Shown here piece by piece: positions 10,897-19,363 of a stretch of DNA of 64,000 nt. A model generated the notes under the pieces. The model saw only the letters and a list, made by a program, of their open reading frames with translations. It was not told where the DNA came from and did not search any database. A program made the translations under genes and the position numbers. Origin of the DNA: Thermoproteus sp. (GTDB lineage: Archaea; Thermoproteota; Thermoprotei; Thermoproteales; Thermoproteaceae); the NCBI GenBank assembly GCA_049976425.1, contig JBMFIG010000005.1, positions 1 to 64,000 of the forward strand, given 5' to 3'. The first letter of the stretch is position 1; every line of letters starts with the position of its first letter.

Positions 10897-12107
10897 TTGC
10901 CCGTGAAACAGCCGAGGCAGCTGGCAGGCCCCACTATATTGCGGAACACGTCCACGGGGACGTAGCGTAGGGTATCGGCGCCTATAGCCTTTGCTACTTC
11001 CTCCTCGCTCTTGCCGTGGGCGATCAGCTCGCGCCTGGAGTAGAAGTCCATGCCGAAGAAGCAAGGCCAGCGCACTGGAGGCGAGGCTATGCGGACGTGC
11101 ACCCTCAACGCGCCGGCCTCACGGAGCCTCCTCACCACAGCCCTTATGTTGGTGCCCCTTATCAACGAGTCGTCGACCACGGCGACTTTTTTGCCCTCGA
11201 CCAGTTCCTTCACGACCCTGAACACGTCCTCGGCAACGCGGGCGCTCGGAGGGGATATGAACACCCTCCCGACGAACCTATTCTTCACGACGGCCTCTAC
11301 GAGGGGCACGCCTAGCCTTTCGGCGTATGCCGACGCGGCGATCCGCGCCGTCTCGGGCACAAACGCAACCGCGTCGATCTCCTCGGTCTCGGCCGCCGCG
11401 AGCGCCTCTCCGAGAGCTCTCCTCACCGCATATACGTATCTTCCTCCAAGGGTCGAGGCAGGGTGCGCGAAGTAGACGTACTCCAAGGCACAGAGCCTAT
11501 TCTCGCCCGGCGGCACCAACCAAGACGCGTTCCTCCTGCCGTGAACGACGGCTAGACCGGGCGGCACCTCCTCGCCGCCTTCTAGAGCGACGTCCTCTGA
11601 GGCGTAGACGACGCCGTCCTCCAAGAGCCGGTAGGACAGAGGCCTTATACCCCTAGGATCTCTGACGGCTAGGAGGCCCCAGGGAGTTAGAGCCAGTATC
11701 GACGCCGCGCCGACGATCTTGCCGTAGACCGCCCTAACCCCTTGCTCAAGCCCCCTCTCCCAGATCTCTCTCGCCAAAGCTCGCGCCAAGGCGTCGCCGT
11801 CAAATCTGGGCGAGTCTACGCCGAGTCTTTTATAGTTGACGATAGTGCCGTTGAAGACAAGCGCTATCTCCAGATCCCTGTGCCTAGCTAGGACCGGCTG
11901 TAGCTGTTGCCCGTAGGGCCCAGAGGTGCTATATCTGGTATGCACCAAGGCGCCCTCGGAGCCGTCGGGCGGCTCGCCGATCGATATAGAGCCCCCGGCA
12001 TAGTAGGCGTACCCGACCCCCTCCTGCCCTCTATGCATCAACCACGGCACCATGCGTTTGGCCAAGACAGCTGAGTTAGAGCCCCACGCGCCGCCTATGC
12101 CGCACAT
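10845..12107 (-). CDS. purF: Amidophosphoribosyltransferase
   Basis: N-terminal MCGIGG, then HRGQE, HTRYST, RDPRGIRPL, CALEYVYFA, VDDSLIRGT and CLGCF. Confidence 0.96.
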   Translation of the reverse strand: MCGIGGAWGSNSAVLAKRMVPWLMHRGQEGVGYAYYAGGSISIGEPPDGSEGALVHTRYSTSGPYGQQLQPVLARHRDLEIALVFNGTIVNYKRLGVDSPRFDGDALARALAREIWERGLEQGVRAVYGKIVGAASILALTPWGLLAVRDPRGIRPLSYRLLEDGVVYASEDVALEGGEEVPPGLAVVHGRRNASWLVPPGENRLCALEYVYFAHPASTLGGRYVYAVRRALGEALAAAETEEIDAVAFVPETARIAASAYAERLGVPLVEAVVKNRFVGRVFISPPSARVAEDVFRVVKELVEGKKVAVVDDSLIRGTNIRAVVRRLREAGALRVHVRIASPPVRWPCFFGMDFYSRRELIAHGKSEEEVAKAIGADTLRYVPVDVFRNIVGPASCLGCFTGNYPVEVDVGWAEREVAR

Positions 12108-12108
12108 A

Positions 12109-14196
12109 TCAAATATTCAGCCTCATCAAACGCCTCAGCTCGTCGATAGGCCTCCTGTAGATTATAGTCGAGCCGCAACGCAACGTCAACGCCTCGCCGC
12201 CGGCCGTCCCTATACGTGTGCCGGGCCCCTCCTCGCCTGCCGATATGAACCTCCCGTTGGATTCGCTGAACAAGAGAAAGTCTAACCTATTCACATCAGA
12301 GGGCGCGGCGCAGATATCTAAGTCGGCTCCCACCCCGCTGTTGACGGCCATCTTAGCCAGCGCGGCGGCCAACCCGCCGAGCCCCACGTCCGTGGCCCCC
12401 GTGAGCCTATCCAGATAGCTCTGCAGAACCCTCACGACGCCTCGCTCAGCCTCGTAGTCGACGCCGGGCGGCCTCCCCGCCACAAGCCCGTGCACTCTGT
12501 AGAGGTACTCGCTACCGCCCACCTCAGCCCTGGTACGGCCCCACAGGTAAATCCCGTCGCCGTCTTTCCAGACGGCCCTCTTGGCGCGCCCCACGTCGTC
12601 TATCCTCCCCAGGACTACCACGGCCACAGTCGGCTTGATAGGCCTCCCCGAGAACTCGTTGTAGAGGCTGACCTTGCCCCCCACTATGGGCACCCCGAGA
12701 CCTTCGGCGGCCTCCTTGAGGCCCTCCACGGCCTCGCGGAACTGCCAATAGATGTTGGACCTCGCGGGGCTACCCAGATTTATGGAGTCCACGGCGGCTA
12801 GGGGCACCCCGCCTGCGACCGCCACGTTTCTATACGCCTTAACTAAAGCGTTGGCGGCCCCCAGCCTAGGGTTTAAGTACGTGTACCGCGGGTTCGCATC
12901 GCCCTTGACGACTATGCCCAAGTTGCCGTGTTCATAAAGCTTCAACACGGCGGCGTCGCCCTCTCCCGGCTTTACTGCGGTCCTCACGCCGACGTCGAAG
13001 TCGAACCTGCTGTATATGGCCTCCTTGCCCGCTACGTTCGGCGACGATAGGACAAGGTCCAATGCCTTGTCCAACGGCGGCTCGGGGATGTCGGGAAGGT
13101 CAGGCGGGTCGTAGGGCTCGGCTGGCCAGTCTATTTGTGGCGCGGAGGCCGCGAGCTTAACCGGCACCTCCCCGACGACGCCTCCTTTCCACATTAGCCT
13201 TAAAACACCGCCGTCTACGAACCTCCCTATGACTGAGTAGGGCACGTCGTATTTGTCCAAAACGGCGGCTAGGCAACTTACTGCTTGTGGAGATACGACG
13301 AAGATCAGCCTCTCCTGCGTCTCGCTCACGAGAACCTCCACGGGCCCCATATCGCTGTCCGACATGTGAATCTCGGCGAGATCGGCCTCTACGCCGAGCC
13401 CGAACCACTCGGCGAGCTCTGCGAGCGCCGTGGCGAGCCCTCCGCCTCCTAGATCCTTTATATACTTCACGCAACGTCTGGCCTCCTGCACCGCGTCTAT
13501 GAGCTTCTTGCCCATCAGCGGATCCGCCACTTGCACAGCGCCTAGATCCTCGCCCCCCTCCAGAGTCTTGCTGGCGAAGGCGGATCCGCCCAAGCCGCTC
13601 TTATCGGCGCCGAGGCCGGCCACCACAATCAGATCCCCGGCCTCTACATCCCCCTTGGGCACCTCGGCGGCCTCCACGACGCCGACACACGTCGCCAGGA
13701 CTACGGGAGTGAAGGCGAAGTCAGGGTCGAACCACGTCTCGCCGCCGACGACAGGCACGCCCACTCTGTTGCCGTAGTCTGAGATTCCTCTGACCACATT
13801 TGTCGCTATCCATCTGGAATGGGCATCGTCGAGAGGGCCGAAGTGGAGGTTGACCAATAGGGCCAGCGGCCTGGCGCCGACGGTCAAGATATCCCTAATT
13901 ATGCCGCCCACCCCCGTGGCGGCCCCGTTGTAGGGATCCACGGCGCTCGGATGGTTATGCGACTCGATTTTAAACGTGGCGTAGAGCCCTGGGGCGATCT
14001 CCACCAGCGGGGCGTCGGTGCCAGGTCCTCTCACCACCCATGGCGCCTTGGATGGCAACTCTCTGAGCCATCGCCTGGTCGACTTGTAGGAGCAGTGCTC
14101 CGACCAGTGCGATACGAACAGCGCCAGCTCCACGCGGTTAGGCTCTCTGCCTAGCCCGCGTCGTATCGCCTCGAGCTCGGAGGGCGAAAGCCCCAT
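12109..14196 (-). CDS. purL: FGAM synthase subunit PurL
   Basis: Motifs [42 protein letters not shown] and GGKVSLYN. Confidence 0.97.
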   Translation of the reverse strand: MGLSPSELEAIRRGLGREPNRVELALFVSHWSEHCSYKSTRRWLRELPSKAPWVVRGPGTDAPLVEIAPGLYATFKIESHNHPSAVDPYNGAATGVGGIIRDILTVGARPLALLVNLHFGPLDDAHSRWIATNVVRGISDYGNRVGVPVVGGETWFDPDFAFTPVVLATCVGVVEAAEVPKGDVEAGDLIVVAGLGADKSGLGGSAFASKTLEGGEDLGAVQVADPLMGKKLIDAVQEARRCVKYIKDLGGGGLATALAELAEWFGLGVEADLAEIHMSDSDMGPVEVLVSETQERLIFVVSPQAVSCLAAVLDKYDVPYSVIGRFVDGGVLRLMWKGGVVGEVPVKLAASAPQIDWPAEPYDPPDLPDIPEPPLDKALDLVLSSPNVAGKEAIYSRFDFDVGVRTAVKPGEGDAAVLKLYEHGNLGIVVKGDANPRYTYLNPRLGAANALVKAYRNVAVAGGVPLAAVDSINLGSPARSNIYWQFREAVEGLKEAAEGLGVPIVGGKVSLYNEFSGRPIKPTVAVVVLGRIDDVGRAKRAVWKDGDGIYLWGRTRAEVGGSEYLYRVHGLVAGRPPGVDYEAERGVVRVLQSYLDRLTGATDVGLGGLAAALAKMAVNSGVGADLDICAAPSDVNRLDFLLFSESNGRFISAGEEGPGTRIGTAGGEALTLRCGSTIIYRRPIDELRRLMRLNI

Positions 14197-14384
14197 GGAT
14201 AAAGCACGGAACCGGTTTTTAAATTTAATTTATCACTTAAATAAGACGATTAGTATTGACCGAATTCGCCGGGATATAATTAAATAAATATTTGAATTAT
14301 GCCTTAAGCATAGGATTAAATAGCTCGCCGATTTTATGAGCATCATCGGAGATATATTTAAATATATGATTAAAATCAACCGCC
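14197..14384. promoter_or_regulatory. AT-rich divergent promoter region between purL and purS
   Basis: TATA-like TTTTTAAA at about 14216-14223 (purL) and a perfect palindrome ATATATTTAAATATAT at 14352-14367 (purS). Confidence 0.6.
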
Positions 14385-14639
14385 GTGAAGTTCGCCGTAT
14401 ATTTAAACATAGCGTATAAGCCCACCATAAGGGACCCCGAAGGCGAGACCATAGCGAAGGATCTTCTGGCAACTAAGGGGCTTAATATAGGCGTCAGGTC
14501 CGGCAAATGCCTAGTGCTCTACGTGGAGGCCAACACGTCGGAAGAAGCCGCCGAGAAGGCAACCGCCGTGGCTAGGGAGGCTAGGCTCGGAAACCCCAAT
14601 ATACACGTCGTGGAGGTGGTCAAGGTAGTCGAGGCATGA
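14385..14639 (+). CDS. purS: FGAM synthase subunit PurS
   Basis: 84 aa with KPTIRDPEGETI, VRSGK and LGNPNI; lies directly before purQ. Confidence 0.92.
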   Translation: MKFAVYLNIAYKPTIRDPEGETIAKDLLATKGLNIGVRSGKCLVLYVEANTSEEAAEKATAVAREARLGNPNIHVVEVVKVVEA

Positions 14640-15271
14640 TAGCGGTATTGAAATTCCCGGGGACCAACGGCGACTACGACGTATTGAGGGCGCTTGAGCT
14701 AGTCGGGCTGAGAGGCGCAATCGTGTGGCATAAGGACTACAGATCGGGCATCTACGACGCCGTCGTGCTTGCGGGGGGCTTCAGCTACGGCGATAGGCTG
14801 AGGGCGGGCGCCATCGCGGCCGCCACGAAGGCCGTCGAGGAGCTACGGGAGGACGTAGAGCGCGGTGTTCCGGTGCTGGGCATATGCAACGGCTTCCAGA
14901 TACTGGTAGAGGCGGGGCTACTGCCCGGCGCTCTGGCCCCCAACGATCCGCCCGGCTTCATCAGCAAATGGGTGCCGGTGAGGGTTGTCGACAACGAGAC
15001 GCCGTTCACTCACCTCTACGAGAAGGGCGAGGTGATATATCTCCCAGTGGCGCACGGAGAGGGGCGTTATATGCCCTCAGGAGCCCATAGACCCGTATTC
15101 AAATACGTGGAAAACCCCAACGGCTCCGTAGACGACGTGGCGGGTGTAGCTCAAGGCGCGGTCCTAGGGCTAATGCCCCATCCCGAAAGGGCGGTCGATC
15201 CGCACATTTCGCGCGGCGGTATCGGCGGCCTCAAGCTCTGGCTCAGCCTCAGAGAGTGGCTGAGGAGATAG
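14636..15271 (+). CDS. purQ: FGAM synthase glutaminase subunit PurQ
   Basis: Motifs FPGTN, GGFSYGDRLRAG, GICNGFQIL, AHGEGRY and GLMPHPER. Confidence 0.97.
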   Translation: MIAVLKFPGTNGDYDVLRALELVGLRGAIVWHKDYRSGIYDAVVLAGGFSYGDRLRAGAIAAATKAVEELREDVERGVPVLGICNGFQILVEAGLLPGALAPNDPPGFISKWVPVRVVDNETPFTHLYEKGEVIYLPVAHGEGRYMPSGAHRPVFKYVENPNGSVDDVAGVAQGAVLGLMPHPERAVDPHISRGGIGGLKLWLSLREWLRR

Positions 15272-15433
15272 CCTAGCCAAACTGCGGCGAGGGATCTCAT
15301 GGGCTGAATATTTCTGCTCGGGCTAATGGCACTGCGGAATTGCGTTTCTCCCAGCCCGTGTTTTGAGAAAAATTTTCTCGATAATATATGAATATTACGG
15401 AAAACGTTTTTACGTGCGCCGTTTCGGGCCTAC

Positions 15434-15880
15434 GTGAGGATGTACACCACTGAGGAGGTCGCGAGAATCTTCGACGTCACGCCTGCGGCCGTGAGGTACT
15501 GGGCGAGAAAGGGCAGGATAAAGGCGGTGCGCGAGGGGGATAAATGGCTCATACCTGAGGACGAGGTGGAGAGGCTCAGGAGGGAAATGGGCGGAAACGC
15601 CGAGGAGAAAGAGGAGGGGAACAACGCGGAGGGGAGAAACTGCCTCGATCCGGAGACCGCAAAGGCCTTTGCGAAAGCCCTTTTCGAGGCGGCGGCCGAG
15701 TTCCTTAGGGAAAACCCGTGGGTGTTGGAGCTACTGGGGCTGAGGCCCGGCGAGGAGGAGAGGAGGCTCGCCTCGGTGGTTCTGGAGGCGGCGAGGAGCC
15801 ACCAGCCCAAGAAAAACGAGCTCGCCGAGATTTTCTGGACCGCCCTTGCGGAAAAGCTGGCGGAAAGGGCCGCGAAATAG
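15434..15880 (+). CDS. Excisionase/MerR-like HTH DNA-binding protein
   Basis: N-terminal YTTEEVARIFDVTPAAVRYWARKGRIKAVREGDKWLIPEDEV fits an HTH_17/Xis-like pattern; the C-terminal half is helical. Confidence 0.8.
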   Translation: MRMYTTEEVARIFDVTPAAVRYWARKGRIKAVREGDKWLIPEDEVERLRREMGGNAEEKEEGNNAEGRNCLDPETAKAFAKALFEAAAEFLRENPWVLELLGLRPGEEERRLASVVLEAARSHQPKKNELAEIFWTALAEKLAERAAK

Positions 15881-15992
15881 CGCGCTTTGTTAAGCCGCCC
15901 AAGCTAACACATGGATTTTAGTAAATATTGCTGTTTACTGTCATCTAATAGAATCGCCGGAAAGCTTAAATATCGAAATAGTAATTAACGTC

Positions 15993-16775
15993 GTGCACAG
16001 AGCTCCGAGAAATTCCGCAGGTAGTACGGAGGACGGAGTGCACAACGGCCTTAGGCTCGACGTGGTCTTGGCCGTGGTTATCGCGACGGCGATAGTCATA
16101 GCCATACTTTCCATGCCCGATGTACTCGAGCCGGTAGCTAGGGCTATCCTCTCGTCGCTCGGCTATGTACTGCCGGCGGCCATGCTGGCGATAGGCGTGG
16201 TGCACGGTCTTAAGCCGGACGAGCATACGTGGCCTATAACGATCTCCTACGCCATGATGCAGAGGGATACCGCCAGAGCTGTGCTGGCCACCGCGACCTT
16301 CACAGGCGCCTTGACGCTTGTGTGGACCGCCATGAGCGCCTTGGTGGGTCTTCTCCCCGAAGCCTTGTTCCGAGGCGTCTACGACTGGCTTGTGGACGTG
16401 CTGGTGGGCGTCACCATGGTCGCGATAGCCGCTATATATCTGAGGAAAAGCCGCGAAGAGGGCGGGGATGTAGCGCCCGACTACAAGGCGATATGGATAC
16501 ACGGCCTCGGCGCCGCCTTCGGCGGGGACTTCTTCGTGGTCCTCCTCCTGGCGTTGACCGTTAAGGCGGCCGCGCCCTGGTTCCCGGCCGCGCTCGTGGG
16601 CTTCCTCTTCGGCTTCGGCTCCTTCCTAGGCCAGTTGGGTATAGTAATGCTGGCCTACAGGGGCTTGGTAAGCTTGGTTAGGGCTCCTCAAATACTAGTT
16701 AGAGCTGGTAGACTTAGCTTATTGATTTTAGGATTTTTCTTAATAGGACTTGGCATATATACATATTTCTCATAA
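15993..16775 (+). CDS. Membrane protein, probable Ni/Co transporter (NicO/UreH/RcnA-like)
   Basis: Multiple TM segments with His motifs GVVHGLKPDEH and IHGLG. An alternative start is GTG at 16038. Confidence 0.6.
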   Translation: MHRAPRNSAGSTEDGVHNGLRLDVVLAVVIATAIVIAILSMPDVLEPVARAILSSLGYVLPAAMLAIGVVHGLKPDEHTWPITISYAMMQRDTARAVLATATFTGALTLVWTAMSALVGLLPEALFRGVYDWLVDVLVGVTMVAIAAIYLRKSREEGGDVAPDYKAIWIHGLGAAFGGDFFVVLLLALTVKAAAPWFPAALVGFLFGFGSFLGQLGIVMLAYRGLVSLVRAPQILVRAGRLSLLILGFFLIGLGIYTYFS

Positions 16776-16836
16776 ATATAAACTTTTTCACGTTTTTCGG
16801 AGTCAATATTTTTAAAATTTTGTGTGTAATATTGTC

Positions 16837-17229
16837 GTGAAGGCTGGGGCTATAGCTAAAAGGCCGGCGATAACCGTCGAGCCCAGCGCGACGATAGAGG
16901 AGGCGGCCAGAATAATGGCGGAGAGGCGCATCGGCTTCCTCCCCGTGGTGTCCTCCGGCAGATTGGTTGGCGTGATCTCGGAGAGGGATATAGTTAGGGC
17001 CGTCGCTTCGGGGGCTTCGCCGAAGGCCCCCGTCGAGGAGGTCATGAGGCGCGAGGTGGTCACGGTCAACTTCAACGACGACGTCGAGGCGGTCTGGAGC
17101 CTTATGAGGGAGATGGGAATTAGGCATATAGTGGTGATGAGGGGCGACGAGATCTACGGAGTAATCAGCATTAGGGATTTCTTGGCCGAGAAGATAGCGC
17201 TTGAGAGGCTGGCGGAGGCGCCCTCTTAA
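16837..17229 (+). CDS. CBS domain protein (one CBS pair)
   Basis: Motifs LPVVSSGRLVGVISERDIV and YGVISIRD. Start set to the GTG about 20 nt after the TATA at 16811. Confidence 0.9.
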   Translation: MKAGAIAKRPAITVEPSATIEEAARIMAERRIGFLPVVSSGRLVGVISERDIVRAVASGASPKAPVEEVMRREVVTVNFNDDVEAVWSLMREMGIRHIVVMRGDEIYGVISIRDFLAEKIALERLAEAPS

Positions 17230-17257
17230 TTTTTTAAAATCGACATACTTTTGATCC

Positions 17258-17371
17258 GGGGCCGTAGTCGAGCCTGGTAAGATGCGCGGCTTGGAGCGGC
17301 GTCGGCCGCGAGTGGGCCCGCGAGATCCCGGGTTCAGGCGTAGCCGCCCAGAAATCCCGGCGGCCCCACCA
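17258..17371 (+). tRNA. tRNA-Pro(TGG) with two introns (36/37: 17295-17315; 56/57: 17336-17351), CCA encoded
   Basis: Acceptor stem GGGGCCG/CGGCCCC-ACCA. The spliced anticodon arm is CGCGG-CTTGGGC-CCGCG and the spliced T loop is TTCAAAT. BHB helices are GCTT/GAGT and GGGT/GCCC, with intron hairpins GCGGC/GCCGC and GGC/GCC. Confidence 0.9.
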
Positions 17372-17421
17372 AATTCAGAGCGGCTCTCGTGTGGATAGCC
17401 TACGCCGTAGTCTGTGAAGGC

Positions 17422-17474
17422 TCTCAGCGCTTAGATCCCTCGTCACTTGTAGGCTAGCCTGTTCTCATCACTAC
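17422..17474 (-). ncRNA. Box C/D sRNA
   Basis: Minus strand reads GTGATGA-GAACAGGCTAGC-CTAC(D')-AA-GTGACGA-GGGATCTAAGCG-CTGA, with TTTAATTA about 22 nt upstream. Confidence 0.8.
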
Positions 17475-17502
17475 AATATATTTATTGCAGGTAATTAAAG
17501 GC

Positions 17503-18012
17503 GTGCCTACGCCTTTAGAGATAGCGATAGGCGCCATAGCCGAGGGGTACTACTCAATGTTGGCGAGGCTCTGCGAGTGCGCGAGGCTGAGGAGGGAGTA
17601 TTCGGCCGACCTCGAGCTGGCCTCGGTAGCCGATGTTGTAATGAGGGCCATCGCAGAGGAGCAGCCTGTTGAGGCTGGCCCCGTCAGGGTGGAAGTCAAG
17701 AGGAGGCTCTTGGGCAAATCCGTCAAGGTCGTGTACCGCGGCGAGGAGGTCGACCCGAACGAGTTCCTAACAAAGATCTCGCAGGCGCGGTCGAGGGCGG
17801 CTTGGTTGCAGTCAGACTGCTCCGACCAGGCTGTATTGGAACCGGTGTACGCGACCAACGACAGAGACGCCATAGAGTACGCGGTCAGGCACATGGACGA
17901 GCTCTCCAAGGTATGCGACGGCGTGTCTCCACAGCTCGAGGGCCTCGAGATGCCGTCCTATGTCAAGGAGGGCATAAAGAAGGGCGTCGAGAGGTTTCTG
18001 GCCAGGCGATGA
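17503..18012 (+). CDS. Hypothetical protein, translationally coupled to pyrH
   Basis: Open frame with normal codon usage. GTG lies about 22 nt after a TATA, and the stop overlaps the pyrH ATG. Confidence 0.75.
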   Translation: MPTPLEIAIGAIAEGYYSMLARLCECARLRREYSADLELASVADVVMRAIAEEQPVEAGPVRVEVKRRLLGKSVKVVYRGEEVDPNEFLTKISQARSRAAWLQSDCSDQAVLEPVYATNDRDAIEYAVRHMDELSKVCDGVSPQLEGLEMPSYVKEGIKKGVERFLARR

Positions 18013-18668
18013 TAGCGGTGAAGCTCAGCGGGAGGGTCTTCGACGATAGGTCGCTGGTCAAGGAGTACGCCTCCATCCTCAAGTCGGTCGAGGAGAAGGC
18101 CGTCATAATCACCGGCGGCGGGACAATCGCTAGGTCTTACATAGAGGCGGCGCGGGAGCTAGGCGCCGGCAACTACGTGCTTGACGTGATCGGGATAGAG
18201 GCGAGCAGGTTGAACGCCTGGCTTATGATAGCCGGACTCGGCGAGGACGCGTACCCCAAACCCGCCGAGTCTCTCGGCGAATTGCTAACCGCTTTGGGGT
18301 ACAAGAAGAAGGTGATCATGGGCGGCCTCCAGCCGGGGCAATCGACGGCCACAGTGGCGGCGCTGGCCGCCGAGGCCGTGGGGGCGAGGGCTTTGATAAA
18401 TTGCGCCAACGTGGACGGCATATACGACGACGATCCCAGAAGGAACCCCAACGCCAGGAAGATACAGGTGATAAAGGCGTCGGAGCTCGCCGCGCTCCTT
18501 AAATCGAGCGCCCTCCCCGGCACCTACGAGTTGGCCGATCTCTGGAGCCTCGAGATCTTGAGGAGATCGAGGATACCTATGTATATCATCGACGGGAGGA
18601 GGCCCGCGTTGTTGCTAGAGGTTTTGAGGAACGGCGCCAATCCCGGCTCGCTCGTCTTGCCGGAATAG
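18009..18668 (+). CDS. pyrH: Uridylate kinase
   Basis: Motifs MIAVKLSG, ITGGGTIARSYI, GGLQPGQST and NVDGIYDDDP. The true start is ATG 18009, not 17802. Confidence 0.94.
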   Translation: MIAVKLSGRVFDDRSLVKEYASILKSVEEKAVIITGGGTIARSYIEAARELGAGNYVLDVIGIEASRLNAWLMIAGLGEDAYPKPAESLGELLTALGYKKKVIMGGLQPGQSTATVAALAAEAVGARALINCANVDGIYDDDPRRNPNARKIQVIKASELAALLKSSALPGTYELADLWSLEILRRSRIPMYIIDGRRPALLLEVLRNGANPGSLVLPE

Positions 18669-18729
18669 CCCGCGGCGCTGCAGATCGCCTCGGCGGAAAG
18701 CTTATATATATAGACCCGACGTTGATCGG

Positions 18730-18802
18730 AGCCGGAGTCGGCCCGTGTGGGCCTCGATGAGCGGCGTTCCAACCGCGGGATCGCATACCTCCGACCTCGG
18801 CT
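18730..18802 (+). ncRNA. Candidate structured ncRNA
   Basis: TATA box at 18702-18712 with no ORF behind it. Terminal stem 18730-41/18791-802 encloses two hairpins. Confidence 0.35.
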
Positions 18803-18874
18803 TATGGAGTCCGCATGCCAGCGCCGTGTGCGTAATACCTCAGCACCTTTAATAGTCCCCATATACTGAGTGCC

Positions 18875-19312
18875 GTGAAGCTGACCGCTACGGAGCAACG
18901 CGTTGTGGAGCTCTACAACTCAGGCCTGAGGCCTAGAGATATAGCCAACAAGCTGGGGATCTCCATCAACACCGTCTACAAGGCACTATCTAAGCATAGG
19001 AGGCTGGCGGAGACGCCCGGGCCGGAGGACGGCGAGCAGAGGCTCAGCTACAACTACTACGCGGTGGTGATGCCCATGGCCAGCTCCTCTGTCATATACA
19101 GCTTCGCCCCTCCACAGATGCCGCGCGTCGACGGCTTGGAGCCGTTGGTCAAGAGGCTCGAGTACGTTTTGGAGAGGCTAGAGAGGTTGCTCGACGGCAA
19201 GCAGATAGTCGAGGGCAAAGCGGCAGAGGCTCCGGAGTCTGCTGACGGGACCCCCGACTTCATAAGGCGTAACGCGTGGGTGAAGTTGCTCAGGGGGAGG
19301 TCGTTCCAGTGA
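18875..19312 (+). CDS. HTH transcriptional regulator (LuxR/sigma70 region 4-like N-terminus)
   Basis: LTATEQRVVELYNSGLRPRDIANKLGISINTVYKALSK followed by a short coiled coil. Confidence 0.8.
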   Translation: MKLTATEQRVVELYNSGLRPRDIANKLGISINTVYKALSKHRRLAETPGPEDGEQRLSYNYYAVVMPMASSSVIYSFAPPQMPRVDGLEPLVKRLEYVLERLERLLDGKQIVEGKAAEAPESADGTPDFIRRNAWVKLLRGRSFQ

Positions 19313-19363
19313 AGGCGGCTAGATAGGGCGAAAGGTTCTTAGTACCAGTTGGCGGAGCCGGCG

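Noticed and set aside
14233-14506. Short minus-strand ORFs across the purL-purS spacer
   Set aside because: They are antisense to purS and its promoter and have no coding signature.
17802-18008. N-terminal extension of pyrH, and similar extensions on the Lsm, RimK-like and amrS ORFs
   Set aside because: These are longest-ORF artefacts that overlap neighbouring genes or promoters. The conserved domains start later.
18745-18852. Small ORF (31-35 aa) across the structured RNA candidate
   Set aside because: No recognisable motif or coding bias. It cannot be fully excluded without ribosome profiling.
19310-19360. Possible C/D sRNA between the HTH gene and ychF
   Set aside because: The boxes are too degenerate (GTGAAGG...CGGA, no C') and there is no upstream TATA.
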